Shown here: positions 47,939 through 57,002 of the stretch, in pieces
Position numbering within the stretch: the stretch's first letter is position 1
Layout of the letters: each line of letters starts with the position of its first letter
DNA from: Terriglobia bacterium
Lineage (GTDB): Bacteria > Acidobacteriota > Terriglobia > JAJPHL01 > JAPKYU01
NCBI GenBank assembly: GCA_965223005.1
Contig: CBDCVK010000005.1
Coordinates: 128,001-192,000, forward strand
Reading direction: 5' to 3'
DNA length: 64,000 nt
Made by a program: the position numbers and the translations under genes
Notes under the pieces: model-generated
The model's database searches: none
The model's input: the letters and a program-made list of their open reading frames with translations, nothing else
Told to the model about the DNA's origin: nothing

Positions 47939-48925
47939 CTAATCCGTGCCGGAGGGCGCGACCTGCGCCATCTCGTCCAGGCTCAAGCCCTGCAGCAGCT
48001 CCACCCCGAAGCGCTCACTGAACCGGCGGGCGACCTCGGCGGGCAGGCTCTCCCCAACCGCAATCGCCTGCCGAAGGGATGTGCGGTCGAATTCGCCCGG
48101 CGTCTTGAGCAGCATGTCGTACAACGACGTGGCTGCGAACAAAAGTGAGGGACGAAAACGCGCGATGGCGCCAACCGCTGCCTCCGCTGTGACCTCTTGC
48201 GACTCCAGCACTGTCGCTGCGCCTGACGAAAGAGGCAAGGCCAAGCTGGCGAGCAGCCCCCAGGCCGACCAGATGGGAAGAGTCGAGTAGACACGATCCT
48301 GACAGTCAATATTAACTAAACGGCGGCCGACCTGCCGGCTGCTATGAAGCAGATGCTCCTGGCGGTAGTAGACATTTTGGAATTCGCCCCCGGGAGATGG
48401 CGCGTACAGGAGCACTACCGGGTCTTCGAGCGCCCCCGTTGGAGTTTCCGCGTGGGGTTCCACGTCCTCGATTCGGTGCCGCCACGACCACTCGGGCGCG
48501 GTCTCTCCCACTACCAGCAGTCCTTCGGGCCGAACATGCTGGCGGCACTGCTTCAGCTCGCCCAGCGCAAGCTCATCCACCACCAGCACCCGAGGCGCGC
48601 AATCCTGGATCAACGCCAGCAACTCGCTCGCCCGGGAAAGCGGGTTTACGGGCACAGCGACGGCGCCAAGTCGCAGCGCGCCCAGCAAGGCTGCCACCAG
48701 CTCCGGGCCGTTGGGTAGGGCCAGCAATACATGCTCCCGGCGGCCCACACTCAGGTCGCGAAATATTCCGGCAGCGCGGTTGCTCAGTTCCGTCAGTTCT
48801 CCATAAGTGTGAGTTGCGCCGGCAGTGAGCAACGCCGGCCGCTCTTCATGACCGGCTTCCAGGTGCCGGTCCAAGAACTGCCAGGCTAGGTTGCCTGATC
48901 CATCCATTTCATTCATTTCATCCAT
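47939..48925 (-). CDS. Truncated, degenerate AMP-binding (benzoate-CoA ligase-like) protein
   Basis: LDRHL..G..RPAL, TYGEL, GAVAVPVNP; P-loop degenerate and C-terminal domain absent. Confidence 0.7.
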   Translation of the reverse strand: MDEMNEMDGSGNLAWQFLDRHLEAGHEERPALLTAGATHTYGELTELSNRAAGIFRDLSVGRREHVLLALPNGPELVAALLGALRLGAVAVPVNPLSRASELLALIQDCAPRVLVVDELALGELKQCRQHVRPEGLLVVGETAPEWSWRHRIEDVEPHAETPTGALEDPVVLLYAPSPGGEFQNVYYRQEHLLHSSRQVGRRLVNIDCQDRVYSTLPIWSAWGLLASLALPLSSGAATVLESQEVTAEAAVGAIARFRPSLLFAATSLYDMLLKTPGEFDRTSLRQAIAVGESLPAEVARRFSERFGVELLQGLSLDEMAQVAPSGTD

Positions 48926-49022
48926 GCGGGCTAGCCTTTCTTTTCCCCTGCGGCGCTTCCAACGCCACTAAGACGAAGTGCCGGAACCACAACCAATTCG
49001 CGGACCGCTGACAGCAGCGGGG

Positions 49023-49676
49023 CTACAGGCCTTGCAGGAAGGGATTCTCGGCGCGCTCGCGGCCAATGGTGGTCAGCGGGCCGTGACCCGGCACCACCAC
49101 GGTGTCGTCGTCAAGCGCCAGCAATTTGGTTTGGAGCGAACGCAAGATTTGGTCGGTGTCGCCGCCGGGCAGATCCGTTCGTCCGATGCTGCCCTGAAAC
49201 AGGGTGTCGCCGGCGAACAACTTCTTGCTGCCTCCAGCGTCGGGAAAGTACAGGCAGACGCTGCCCTCCGTATGACCGGGGCTGTGAAGGACGCTGCCAG
49301 TAGCCGGCCCGACGCGTACCGTGTCGCCTTCCCGCAGCAGCGCGTCGGGCGCGTCGAGCGCTTCCGGCGCCTCGCTCTCGGGGAGCCCGATCATCTGCGC
49401 CTGCTGCGGCAGTGCTTGCGCCAGCCACAGGTCAGCCTCGTGCAAGTAGACCGGCGCGCCTGTGGCCTGCTTGAGCTTCCTGGCCCCCCCGATGTGATCA
49501 ATGTGGGCGTGGGTGACCGCGATCAAGGTGAGCTTCAGGCGGTGTCGGCGCAGCACTGCCAGGATGCGCTCGATCTCGTCGCCAGGGTCTATGACGATCG
49601 CTTCCCCGCCCTCCTGGTCGCCAAAGATCGAGCAATTGCACTGCAACAAGCCTACCGGCAGAATCTCGTGGATCAT
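49023..49676 (-). CDS. MBL-fold metallo-hydrolase (glyoxalase II family)
   Basis: THAHIDHIG, PGHTEG, GDTLF.GSIGRTD, PGHG. Confidence 0.93.
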   Translation of the reverse strand: MIHEILPVGLLQCNCSIFGDQEGGEAIVIDPGDEIERILAVLRRHRLKLTLIAVTHAHIDHIGGARKLKQATGAPVYLHEADLWLAQALPQQAQMIGLPESEAPEALDAPDALLREGDTVRVGPATGSVLHSPGHTEGSVCLYFPDAGGSKKLFAGDTLFQGSIGRTDLPGGDTDQILRSLQTKLLALDDDTVVVPGHGPLTTIGRERAENPFLQGL

Positions 49677-49825
49677 GCCACAGACGACCTCATGTTTAGC
49701 ACGGCATCCTCCTGGAGCTTTCATTATAGTGGGGGTGGCGTTATAGCGGCTGGAATGCCGCTTGCCAGTTTTACCCCCAAGGGTGTATTCAACCCTTAGG
49801 AGGTTGGTTGACAAGTCGGCTTGTC

Positions 49826-50887
49826 ATGCGCACTGTCCTCAACTCGGTTCACACCGCTGCGGGCGCGCAGTTCTGCGCTTACCACGGCTGGGAGATTCCG
49901 GAAAACTTTGGCAGCGTGGAGGCCGAATACCAGGCGCTGCGGCGCGCAGCGGGCATCGTGGACCTTTCCTTCCGTGGGAAGCTGGTCGCCACCGGAGAAG
50001 ACCGCGCGCGCTTCCTGCAAGGCATGGTGTCGAACGACGTGGAACAGCTTCAGCCCGGCCAAGGCAATTACTGCTTCCTGCTCAACGCCCAGGGACACAT
50101 CCTGGCTGACCTGAACGTGCTGGTCCAGCCCGAGCGTCTGCTGCTGGACTGCGAGCCGTTCCTCACCGAGGAGCTGCGGACGACGCTGGAGCGCTACATC
50201 ATCATGGACGAAGTGGAGTTGGAGGACCGCTCGGCGCATCTGGGGACGCTAGCGGTCGAGGGACCGGCAACTCCACAGGTGGTGTCGGCGGCGTTAGGCG
50301 TGGACGAACTACCGGCCGAGCCCCTGGCTCACCTGAGTCCGGACGGGAATCCCGACTTCCTGCTGGTCCGAACCGCTCTGACCGGGGAAGGGTTCTGGAT
50401 TGTGGCTCCGGTCGAGCGCCTACCGGAACTGTGGCAGGCGCTGGTGGAAGCAGCCCGCCCGCTGGGCGGACGGCCCGTGGGATTCGCGGCATTGGAAGTG
50501 GCTCGCATCGAGGCTGGCACCCCGCGCTACGGCGCCGACATCGAAGAGAACAACATCCCTCAGGAAACCGGCCAGTTCCGCGCCCTCAGCTTCACCAAGG
50601 GCTGCTACCTGGGACAGGAAATCGTCGAGCGCGTGCGCTCGCGGGGCAAAGTGAATCGCAAGATGGTGGGGCTGGTGGCACCGGCCGGGGCTCCGCTGCG
50701 GGTCGGGATGAAGATCGCGGCCGGCGACCGCGACATTGGCCGCGTCACGAGCGCCGCCCACTCCTTCGCCCTGGGCAAACCTATCGCCCTGGCCTACCTC
50801 CGCCACGAATTCTCCCAGCCAGGAGCGCAGGTCCAGGTGGAAGGCATGACAGCCGAAGTTTCCCCGCTTCCCTTCCCCGGAGTGTAA
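49826..50887 (+). CDS. ygfZ: Folate-binding YgfZ/GcvT-family protein
   Basis: KGCYLGQE motif and GcvT-like N-terminus. Confidence 0.85.
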   Translation: MRTVLNSVHTAAGAQFCAYHGWEIPENFGSVEAEYQALRRAAGIVDLSFRGKLVATGEDRARFLQGMVSNDVEQLQPGQGNYCFLLNAQGHILADLNVLVQPERLLLDCEPFLTEELRTTLERYIIMDEVELEDRSAHLGTLAVEGPATPQVVSAALGVDELPAEPLAHLSPDGNPDFLLVRTALTGEGFWIVAPVERLPELWQALVEAARPLGGRPVGFAALEVARIEAGTPRYGADIEENNIPQETGQFRALSFTKGCYLGQEIVERVRSRGKVNRKMVGLVAPAGAPLRVGMKIAAGDRDIGRVTSAAHSFALGKPIALAYLRHEFSQPGAQVQVEGMTAEVSPLPFPGV

Positions 50888-50901
50888 GTCACCTAACATT
50901 C

Positions 50902-51372
50902 CTAGATCCAGCGGCGGACAGTGCGCTTGTAGCGCAAGTATTCCTCGCCGAACTTGTTTTCCAAGTAGCGTTCCTCGCGGAGGATTACGCCGTAGTGCAT
51001 GACGGTCAGAGTCGGGGCGAACAACCCCAAAATCCAGATGCTGTCGGCCGCGATACCGACGCCCACGTACAAAAGACTCAACGAGATGTAGGACGGGTTG
51101 CGGGAAAAGCGATAAGGACCGCCGGTGATTAACACGGTAGTCGCCTGGCGCGGATCGAAATTCGTCCCCGCCCTGTGGAATTGGAGAAGGACAAAAGGCA
51201 TTATGCAGCCGCTGCCGGTAATTACCACAAACCCGATCCTGTACTGAACACTGTCTGGCAACAGCGGGAGGGGAAACAGGAGATCGAACGCGATCCCGAT
51301 CCCCAGGAACGCCAAGTAAATGACAGGAGGGAGAGCGATCACCCCAGCGGCATCTGTCTTGGCAGGGCTCAC
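50902..51372 (-). CDS. Isoprenylcysteine carboxyl methyltransferase/PEMT family membrane protein
   Basis: GPYRFSRNP.Y, EERYL..FGEEY..YK..VRRW. Confidence 0.88.
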   Translation of the reverse strand: MSPAKTDAAGVIALPPVIYLAFLGIGIAFDLLFPLPLLPDSVQYRIGFVVITGSGCIMPFVLLQFHRAGTNFDPRQATTVLITGGPYRFSRNPSYISLSLLYVGVGIAADSIWILGLFAPTLTVMHYGVILREERYLENKFGEEYLRYKRTVRRWI

Positions 51373-51375
51373 CGC

Positions 51376-51879
51376 TCAGGCCAGATTCAGGGCTTTTTTG
51401 AAGGAGCCGCGCTCGGCCTCGATCTTTTTTTGCAGCAGCGTGATGGCGTAGATCAACTGCTCGGGCCGGGGCGGGCAGCCGGGCACGTAGACGTCCACCG
51501 GGATGACCTGGTTGACTCCCTGCACCAGGGCGTAGTTGTTGAACACGCCGCCGGAGGTGGCGCAGGCCCCCATCGAGATCACCCACTTGGGCTCGGGCAT
51601 CTGCTCGTAAAGGTGGCGGATGACGGGCGCCATCTTTTGCGAGACGCGGCCGGCGATAATCATCAGGTCGGCCTGGCGGGGCGAGGCACGGAACACCTCG
51701 GCGCCGAAGCGGGCGATATCAAAGCGGGCGGCGCTCATCGACATCATCTCGATGGCGCAACAGGCCAGGCCGAAGGTCATCGGCCAAATCGACGACTTGC
51801 GCCCCCAGTTGACCACCTTGTCTAAGTTCGTGGTGAGGACGCCTTCCCAGCCCTGATCGCCGCTTTGCAGTGTGCCCAC
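51376..51879 (-). CDS. nuoB: NADH-quinone oxidoreductase subunit B
   Basis: [29 protein letters not shown]. Confidence 0.95.
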   Translation of the reverse strand: MGTLQSGDQGWEGVLTTNLDKVVNWGRKSSIWPMTFGLACCAIEMMSMSAARFDIARFGAEVFRASPRQADLMIIAGRVSQKMAPVIRHLYEQMPEPKWVISMGACATSGGVFNNYALVQGVNQVIPVDVYVPGCPPRPEQLIYAITLLQKKIEAERGSFKKALNLA

Positions 51880-51903
51880 GTTATGATTTTATCCGGAAAC
51901 AGC

Positions 51904-52932
51904 TCAGGGGTGTAGCAGAATCTTGCCGAACAGCTCGCGCTGCTCCATGCGCCGGTGAGCTGCCTGCGCCTCGGCCAGCGGGAAGCGGCAGTCAATCACC
52001 GGCTTGAGCTGGCGCCGGAACAGGAACGGCAGCACTTCCAGCAACTCCGCTTTGCTGCCCATGAAGGAACCTAATAGGGAGAGCTGGCGAGCAAACAGGT
52101 AGCGAAGATCGACGCGCACGTCGGCGCCGGTGGTGGCGCCGCAGGTGACCAGCCGCCCGCCGGGCGCCAGGCACATCAGGCTCTTCTCCCAGGTGGCGGC
52201 GCCCACGTGCTCGAAGACCACGTCCACACCCCGCTTCTGAGTGAGTCGCTTCACTTCCTGGTAAAAATCCTGCGTGCTGTGATTGAGCACCTCGTTGGCG
52301 CCCAGTTCGCGTGCCTTGGCGAGCTTCGCCTCGGTGCCGGCGGTGGCGATCACGCGGGCCTCGAACAGCCTGGCGATCTGCACAGCAGCGCTGCCCACGC
52401 CGCTTCCCGCGCCCAGCACCAGCACCTCCTCGCCGGCGCGCAGCTGCGCGCGGTCAAGCAGCATGTGCCAAGCAGTGAGAAACACGAGCGGCACGGCGGA
52501 GGCCTCGTCAAACGAGAAATCGTCCGGGATCGGGATGGCGTTCACCTCCGGGGCCGTGACCAGCTCGGCGTAGCCACCATCGCGCACAATGCCGAAGATC
52601 GAGTACTGGCGGCAGAGATTGTCGCGGCCTTGCAGACAAGCCTGACAAAGTCCGCAACTATGGCCAGGGGCAATCAGGACGCGATCGCCGGGAGCGAGCT
52701 TGCTGACGCTTTCACCCACCCGGACGACTTCCCCGGCGATGTCGCTGCCCACAATGCGCGGCAGCAGCATCGGGCGGCCGGGCAGCCCGCGGCGCAGCCA
52801 CAGGTCCAGGTGGTTCATGGCGCAAGCGCGCACGCGCACCAGCACCTCGCCGGGCGGCACGGCCGGCTCCGGCGCATCTTCGTAGCGCAGCACCTCCGGC
52901 CCGCCATGCTCGTGAAATCGTACAGCCTTCAT
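51904..52932 (-). CDS. Zinc-binding alcohol dehydrogenase/quinone oxidoreductase (MDR)
   Basis: HGGPEVL, CGLCQAC..C structural Zn site, GAGSGVG, GKI. Confidence 0.9.
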   Translation of the reverse strand: MKAVRFHEHGGPEVLRYEDAPEPAVPPGEVLVRVRACAMNHLDLWLRRGLPGRPMLLPRIVGSDIAGEVVRVGESVSKLAPGDRVLIAPGHSCGLCQACLQGRDNLCRQYSIFGIVRDGGYAELVTAPEVNAIPIPDDFSFDEASAVPLVFLTAWHMLLDRAQLRAGEEVLVLGAGSGVGSAAVQIARLFEARVIATAGTEAKLAKARELGANEVLNHSTQDFYQEVKRLTQKRGVDVVFEHVGAATWEKSLMCLAPGGRLVTCGATTGADVRVDLRYLFARQLSLLGSFMGSKAELLEVLPFLFRRQLKPVIDCRFPLAEAQAAHRRMEQRELFGKILLHP

Positions 52933-53011
52933 CGTTTCCTCGGCAGAGCTTCAATCTGCCATAGCGGGCGGGTGATAGCGTCCAGGGCGGTCCAAGGCAT
53001 CCAGAGACAAT

Positions 53012-53698
53012 TCAAGCCTTGTCAGACTGGCGCAGGACGAAGGTTCCGATACGTTGGCGGTCTTCCGGGCTCAAGCGAGTGAAGCGGACCCCAACACGGT
53101 GTTGGCTGCCCAATCGGATCACAACCCCCTCTGCATTAATCGGGTCCGCACGCTTGGGCAGGCGGAAGAACACCCGCATTTCGCTGCCGGGAGGCGGCGC
53201 ACCCTCGGCTTGGAGATGAATTCCATCCTGGCTGATGTTAAGGGTTCTGCCTGTGATCTTGCGCATGCCCAATAGGCACTCCACTTCGGTCTCCAAGGCC
53301 GCGCGCAGTACCCGGCGGCGCTCTCCCAGCATGGCCCCGTGCACGGAGTTGAACAAGTGGGTCAGCTTTTGCTTATCGACAGGCTTGGCAAAAAAAAAGG
53401 TTGCCCCGGCATCAAACGCCAGTTTCATCGTTTGTTGCTCTATCGCTCTGGTGATGACCATCACGGGGGTAAATCGGTTCCAGGAAGACTGGCGGATCTG
53501 ACGAGTCAGCGTGAAGCCATCTACTTCGGGCATCAACAGCTCGAGAAAGATTCCGTCATACTTTTCCTTTTGGATCAAAATGGACGCCTGCCGGCTGTCG
53601 CTGACAGGCCGAGTCTCCACTTCCAGCGAAGTGAGAACGTCGCATATGAGATTCAGCACAGGGGCGTCGTCATCTACAACCAAGACTCGTAGCGCCAT
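53012..53698 (-). CDS. Response regulator receiver fused to PilZ domain
   Basis: VLVVDDD...KP receiver; RRVLR and NISQDG PilZ motifs. Confidence 0.88.
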   Translation of the reverse strand: MALRVLVVDDDAPVLNLICDVLTSLEVETRPVSDSRQASILIQKEKYDGIFLELLMPEVDGFTLTRQIRQSSWNRFTPVMVITRAIEQQTMKLAFDAGATFFFAKPVDKQKLTHLFNSVHGAMLGERRRVLRAALETEVECLLGMRKITGRTLNISQDGIHLQAEGAPPPGSEMRVFFRLPKRADPINAEGVVIRLGSQHRVGVRFTRLSPEDRQRIGTFVLRQSDKA

Positions 53699-53862
53699 AC
53701 CGGACGGGTCCTATCAGGCCTTTTCCGAAAATGAAGTATCGCATTTTTTCTGCGGAAACGTGGACTCTGTGACTCAGGTTTTGTGCGTTTCAGCCAATTT
53801 CCACTCGACACTTCCGTGGGAGAGTACCTCAGGTGCTGCCCAATCGTGTTAGCATAACTCCG

Positions 53863-54675
53863 ATGGACCTGTTGGAGGAACTGGTACGGCTGCGACGGGC
53901 CGGACAGAAGGCTGCCCTGGCCACGATCGTCGGCGTCCGCGGCTCCATCCCCAGCCACGAGAGCGCCAAGCTGCTGGTGCGCGAGGACGGCAGCATGCTG
54001 GGTACGGTCGGCGGCGGCTGCGTGGAAGCCGAGGTCTGGAACGCGGCGCGCGAAGTGATCGAAACCGAGAAGCCGCGCAAGATGTCTTTCAATCTCGCAG
54101 GCGAGGCCCTCTACGACAACGGTCTGATCTGCGGCGGCCAGCTGGACGTCTTCATCGAGGCCATCCTGCCGGTCCAGACGGCCTACATCTTCGGCGCCGG
54201 TCATGTTTCTCTGAGCCTCTCCAAGATGGCCTCGCTGGCCGGCTTCTGCACTGTAGTGGTGGACGACCGCGAGCAGTTCGCGAACCGCGAACGTTTCCCC
54301 GAGGCGGACGAAATCTATGCCGCGGAGTTTGAGGAGGTCTTCCCCAAGCTGACTGTCAACGACTCCTCGCACCTGGTCATCGTCACCCGCGGGCACAAGG
54401 ACGACATGCGTGTGTTGCGCTGGGCAGTGAGCACGCCGGCGCGCTACATTGGCATGATCGGCAGCAAGCGCAAGGCCATCGAGGTGCTGAAGACGCTGGA
54501 GAAGGAAGGCCTGCCGCGCCAGCAACTGGAGCGCCTCCACTCACCCATGGGCCTGGAGATCGGTGCCATTTCTCCTGAAGAGATCGCCGTCAGTGTGGTC
54601 GCCGAGATGATCGCCGCGCGTAGAGGCGCTCAGATCTCCCAGCCGGTCACCAAATCCATCTTCGCCGCCAGTTAG
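53863..54675 (+). CDS. xdhC: XdhC/CoxF molybdenum-cofactor insertion chaperone
   Basis: GTVGGGCVE, CGG, FGAGHV, VTRGH..D, YIGMIGS, PEEIAVS. Confidence 0.9.
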   Translation: MDLLEELVRLRRAGQKAALATIVGVRGSIPSHESAKLLVREDGSMLGTVGGGCVEAEVWNAAREVIETEKPRKMSFNLAGEALYDNGLICGGQLDVFIEAILPVQTAYIFGAGHVSLSLSKMASLAGFCTVVVDDREQFANRERFPEADEIYAAEFEEVFPKLTVNDSSHLVIVTRGHKDDMRVLRWAVSTPARYIGMIGSKRKAIEVLKTLEKEGLPRQQLERLHSPMGLEIGAISPEEIAVSVVAEMIAARRGAQISQPVTKSIFAAS

Positions 54676-54690
54676 GCGGACGGCCCTGTC

Positions 54691-55341
54691 ATGGTCCCCC
54701 AGCCGGGTTCAGCATCCACCACCGAACCGCAGCGGCCACCCGCCGGCGTGATCCTTTCCGCAGGCGAATCCTCCCGCATGGGCTCCCCCAAAGCGCTGCT
54801 TCCGTATCGCGGCACAACGTTTCTGGAACACCTGGTGTACCTGCTGCTGAGCCGGGTGGAGCCGCTGCTGGTGGTGCTGGGTCATGGTGCAGACCGCATC
54901 CGCGAGGCCGTGCGTCTGCCGCCACAGGTGCGTGTCTTGCTCAACCAGGACTATCGGCTGGGCCAGCTCTCCTCGCTGCAGACCGCCATCCGGGCGCTAG
55001 AAGGTAGCCCAGTCTCCGGGCTGCTGGTCGTTCCCGTGGACCATCCCTCCGTGGAACCGGAGGTGGTGGCGGCGCTGCTCAAGACCTTCGCCGCCGAACA
55101 GCCCGAAGTGCTGCTGCCGACCTTTGAAGGCCGGCGCGGTCATCCAGTAGTCTTCTCGGCTCGATTGTTTGCTGAACTGCTGGCCGCGCCGCTGGAGGAG
55201 GGCGCGCGCGTCGTGGTTCGCCGGCACGCCGCGCGCGAGCTGCCGGTCCATGACGCCGGCATCCTTGCCAACATTGACACCCCGGACAGCTATCGCCGAC
55301 TGGTGGGCGGCTCATTGCTTTCGGGATCCAAGTGTTGCTAG
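54691..55341 (+). CDS. mocA: Molybdenum cofactor cytidylyltransferase-like nucleotidyltransferase
   Basis: LSAGESSRMGSPKALL, GHPV, IDTP; adjacent to xdhC. Confidence 0.8.
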   Translation: MVPQPGSASTTEPQRPPAGVILSAGESSRMGSPKALLPYRGTTFLEHLVYLLLSRVEPLLVVLGHGADRIREAVRLPPQVRVLLNQDYRLGQLSSLQTAIRALEGSPVSGLLVVPVDHPSVEPEVVAALLKTFAAEQPEVLLPTFEGRRGHPVVFSARLFAELLAAPLEEGARVVVRRHAARELPVHDAGILANIDTPDSYRRLVGGSLLSGSKCC

Positions 55342-55368
55342 CCCTAAAACCTCATGAGGAGATGATTG

Positions 55369-55671
55369 ATGCTGTTCTTCGTGAAAGTACGCGTTGAGCC
55401 AAAAGAGCTGTCGCTAGATCAGTTGTGGGACATCTGGGAAGAAGAGAATGTAGCGAGCCTGAAGGCCAAAGCCGCCGGCAAGCTTGTTGGGCTTTACAAA
55501 GTGTCCGGGCAGCGCCGCGTGTTGGCCATCGTAAACGCGGAATCTCATGATGAACTGGACCAGATTCTGATGGCCAAGCTTCCCATGGCGCACTACCTGG
55601 AGATTGAGGAGATCGTGCCAGTGCGCGAGTATGAAGCCTTCTCTGCCGACATCAAACGCCGCTGGAAGTAA
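55369..55671 (+). CDS. Muconolactone delta-isomerase-like protein
   Basis: MLFFV..V, GKL..LYKVSG, ESHDELD..L..LP pattern; gaggag RBS. Confidence 0.7.
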   Translation: MLFFVKVRVEPKELSLDQLWDIWEEENVASLKAKAAGKLVGLYKVSGQRRVLAIVNAESHDELDQILMAKLPMAHYLEIEEIVPVREYEAFSADIKRRWK

Positions 55672-55741
55672 TGATTCCTCAGCGGTTTCCAAGCCGCGCG
55701 CGCAAGCAAGCGGTCCACGAAATCTGTTTCTCAGCACCCTG

Positions 55742-56938
55742 CTAGGAGCGGAGGCGCTGGAGGCGGCGGCCGGCTTCCTCCAGGGTTTCGTCTCGCTTGC
55801 AGAATGCAAAGCGCACTTGCTGGCGGCCGGCGGCCGGGTCGCGATAGAAGCTGGAGCCGGGCACCACGGCAATGCCGATTTCGCGCACCAGGTAGTCGGT
55901 AAATTCCACGTCACTCGCGAAGCCGAGGCGGGCGATGTCGGTCATGACGTAGTAGGCGCCCTCGGGCGGGTAGCAAAGGAAGCCAGCGGCCTCGAGATGG
56001 GGCAGCAGCAGGTCGCGGCGAGCGCGGTAGTCTGCGGCCAGGCGCTGGTAATATTCGTCGGGCAAGGCACAGGCCACGGCGCCGGCCTCCTGCAAGGGCG
56101 CGGCGGCGCCCACCGTGAGGAAGTCGTGCACCTTGCGGATGCCGGCGGTGAGCGCCGGGGCGGCAATGGCCCAACCCACTCGCCAACCGGTGACACTGTA
56201 GGTCTTGCCAATGCCGCTGATGATGACCGTGCGCTCGCGCATGCCGTCCAGGGTGGCCATGGACAGGTGAGGGCGGGGGCCGTAGACAATGTGCTCGTAG
56301 ATCTCATCCGTGAGGGCCACCACATTCCACTCGCAGCACAAGCGCGCAATCACCTCCAGCTCTTCCCTGGGAAAGACCTTGCCGGTGGGGTTGTTCGGAG
56401 TGTTCAGGATGATGGCCCGAGTGCGGTTGCTGAAGGCGGCGCGCAACTCGCGCTCGTCGAAGGTCCAGTCGGGCGGGCGCAGCTTCACAAAGCGCGGCAC
56501 GGCGCCTGACAGGATGGCGTCCGGGCCGTAGTTCTCGTAGAAGGGCTCAAAGATCACTACCTCCTCGCCTGGATCCACGATCGCAAGCAGCGAGGCGATC
56601 ATGGCCTCCGTGCAGCCGCAGGTGATGGTGACCTCGGTTTCCGGATCCACCTTCAGGCCCCCGTCAAGGCCCCCCTTGCCAAGGAAGCGCTGCGCCTTCG
56701 CCGCCACCGCCTCGCGCATCGAGCGCGCGCCCCAGGTGATCGCGTACTGATTGATGTCGGCGTCAATGGCGCGCTTGGCCGCTTCCTTGAGCTCGCGCGG
56801 GGCGGGAAAGTCGGGGAAACCCTGGGCCATGTTGACCGCTCCGTAGCGCATTGCCAGCCGGGTCATCTCGCGGATGACCGACTCGGTGAACTGACTCGCC
56901 TTGTGGGAGATCACCGCGCGTTTCAGCCCCGGCTGCAT
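55742..56938 (-). CDS. Class I/II PLP-dependent aminotransferase
   Basis: NMAQGFPDF, NTPNNPTG, DEIY, GKTYSVTGWRVG; start at MQPG. Confidence 0.92.
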   Translation of the reverse strand: MQPGLKRAVISHKASQFTESVIREMTRLAMRYGAVNMAQGFPDFPAPRELKEAAKRAIDADINQYAITWGARSMREAVAAKAQRFLGKGGLDGGLKVDPETEVTITCGCTEAMIASLLAIVDPGEEVVIFEPFYENYGPDAILSGAVPRFVKLRPPDWTFDERELRAAFSNRTRAIILNTPNNPTGKVFPREELEVIARLCCEWNVVALTDEIYEHIVYGPRPHLSMATLDGMRERTVIISGIGKTYSVTGWRVGWAIAAPALTAGIRKVHDFLTVGAAAPLQEAGAVACALPDEYYQRLAADYRARRDLLLPHLEAAGFLCYPPEGAYYVMTDIARLGFASDVEFTDYLVREIGIAVVPGSSFYRDPAAGRQQVRFAFCKRDETLEEAGRRLQRLRS

Positions 56939-57002
56939 CGGTTCTAGGTTATACAACACGCGAGAGCGAATGAAGTCCCTTCTGGCAGGCGGGAGCTTGC
57001 CG

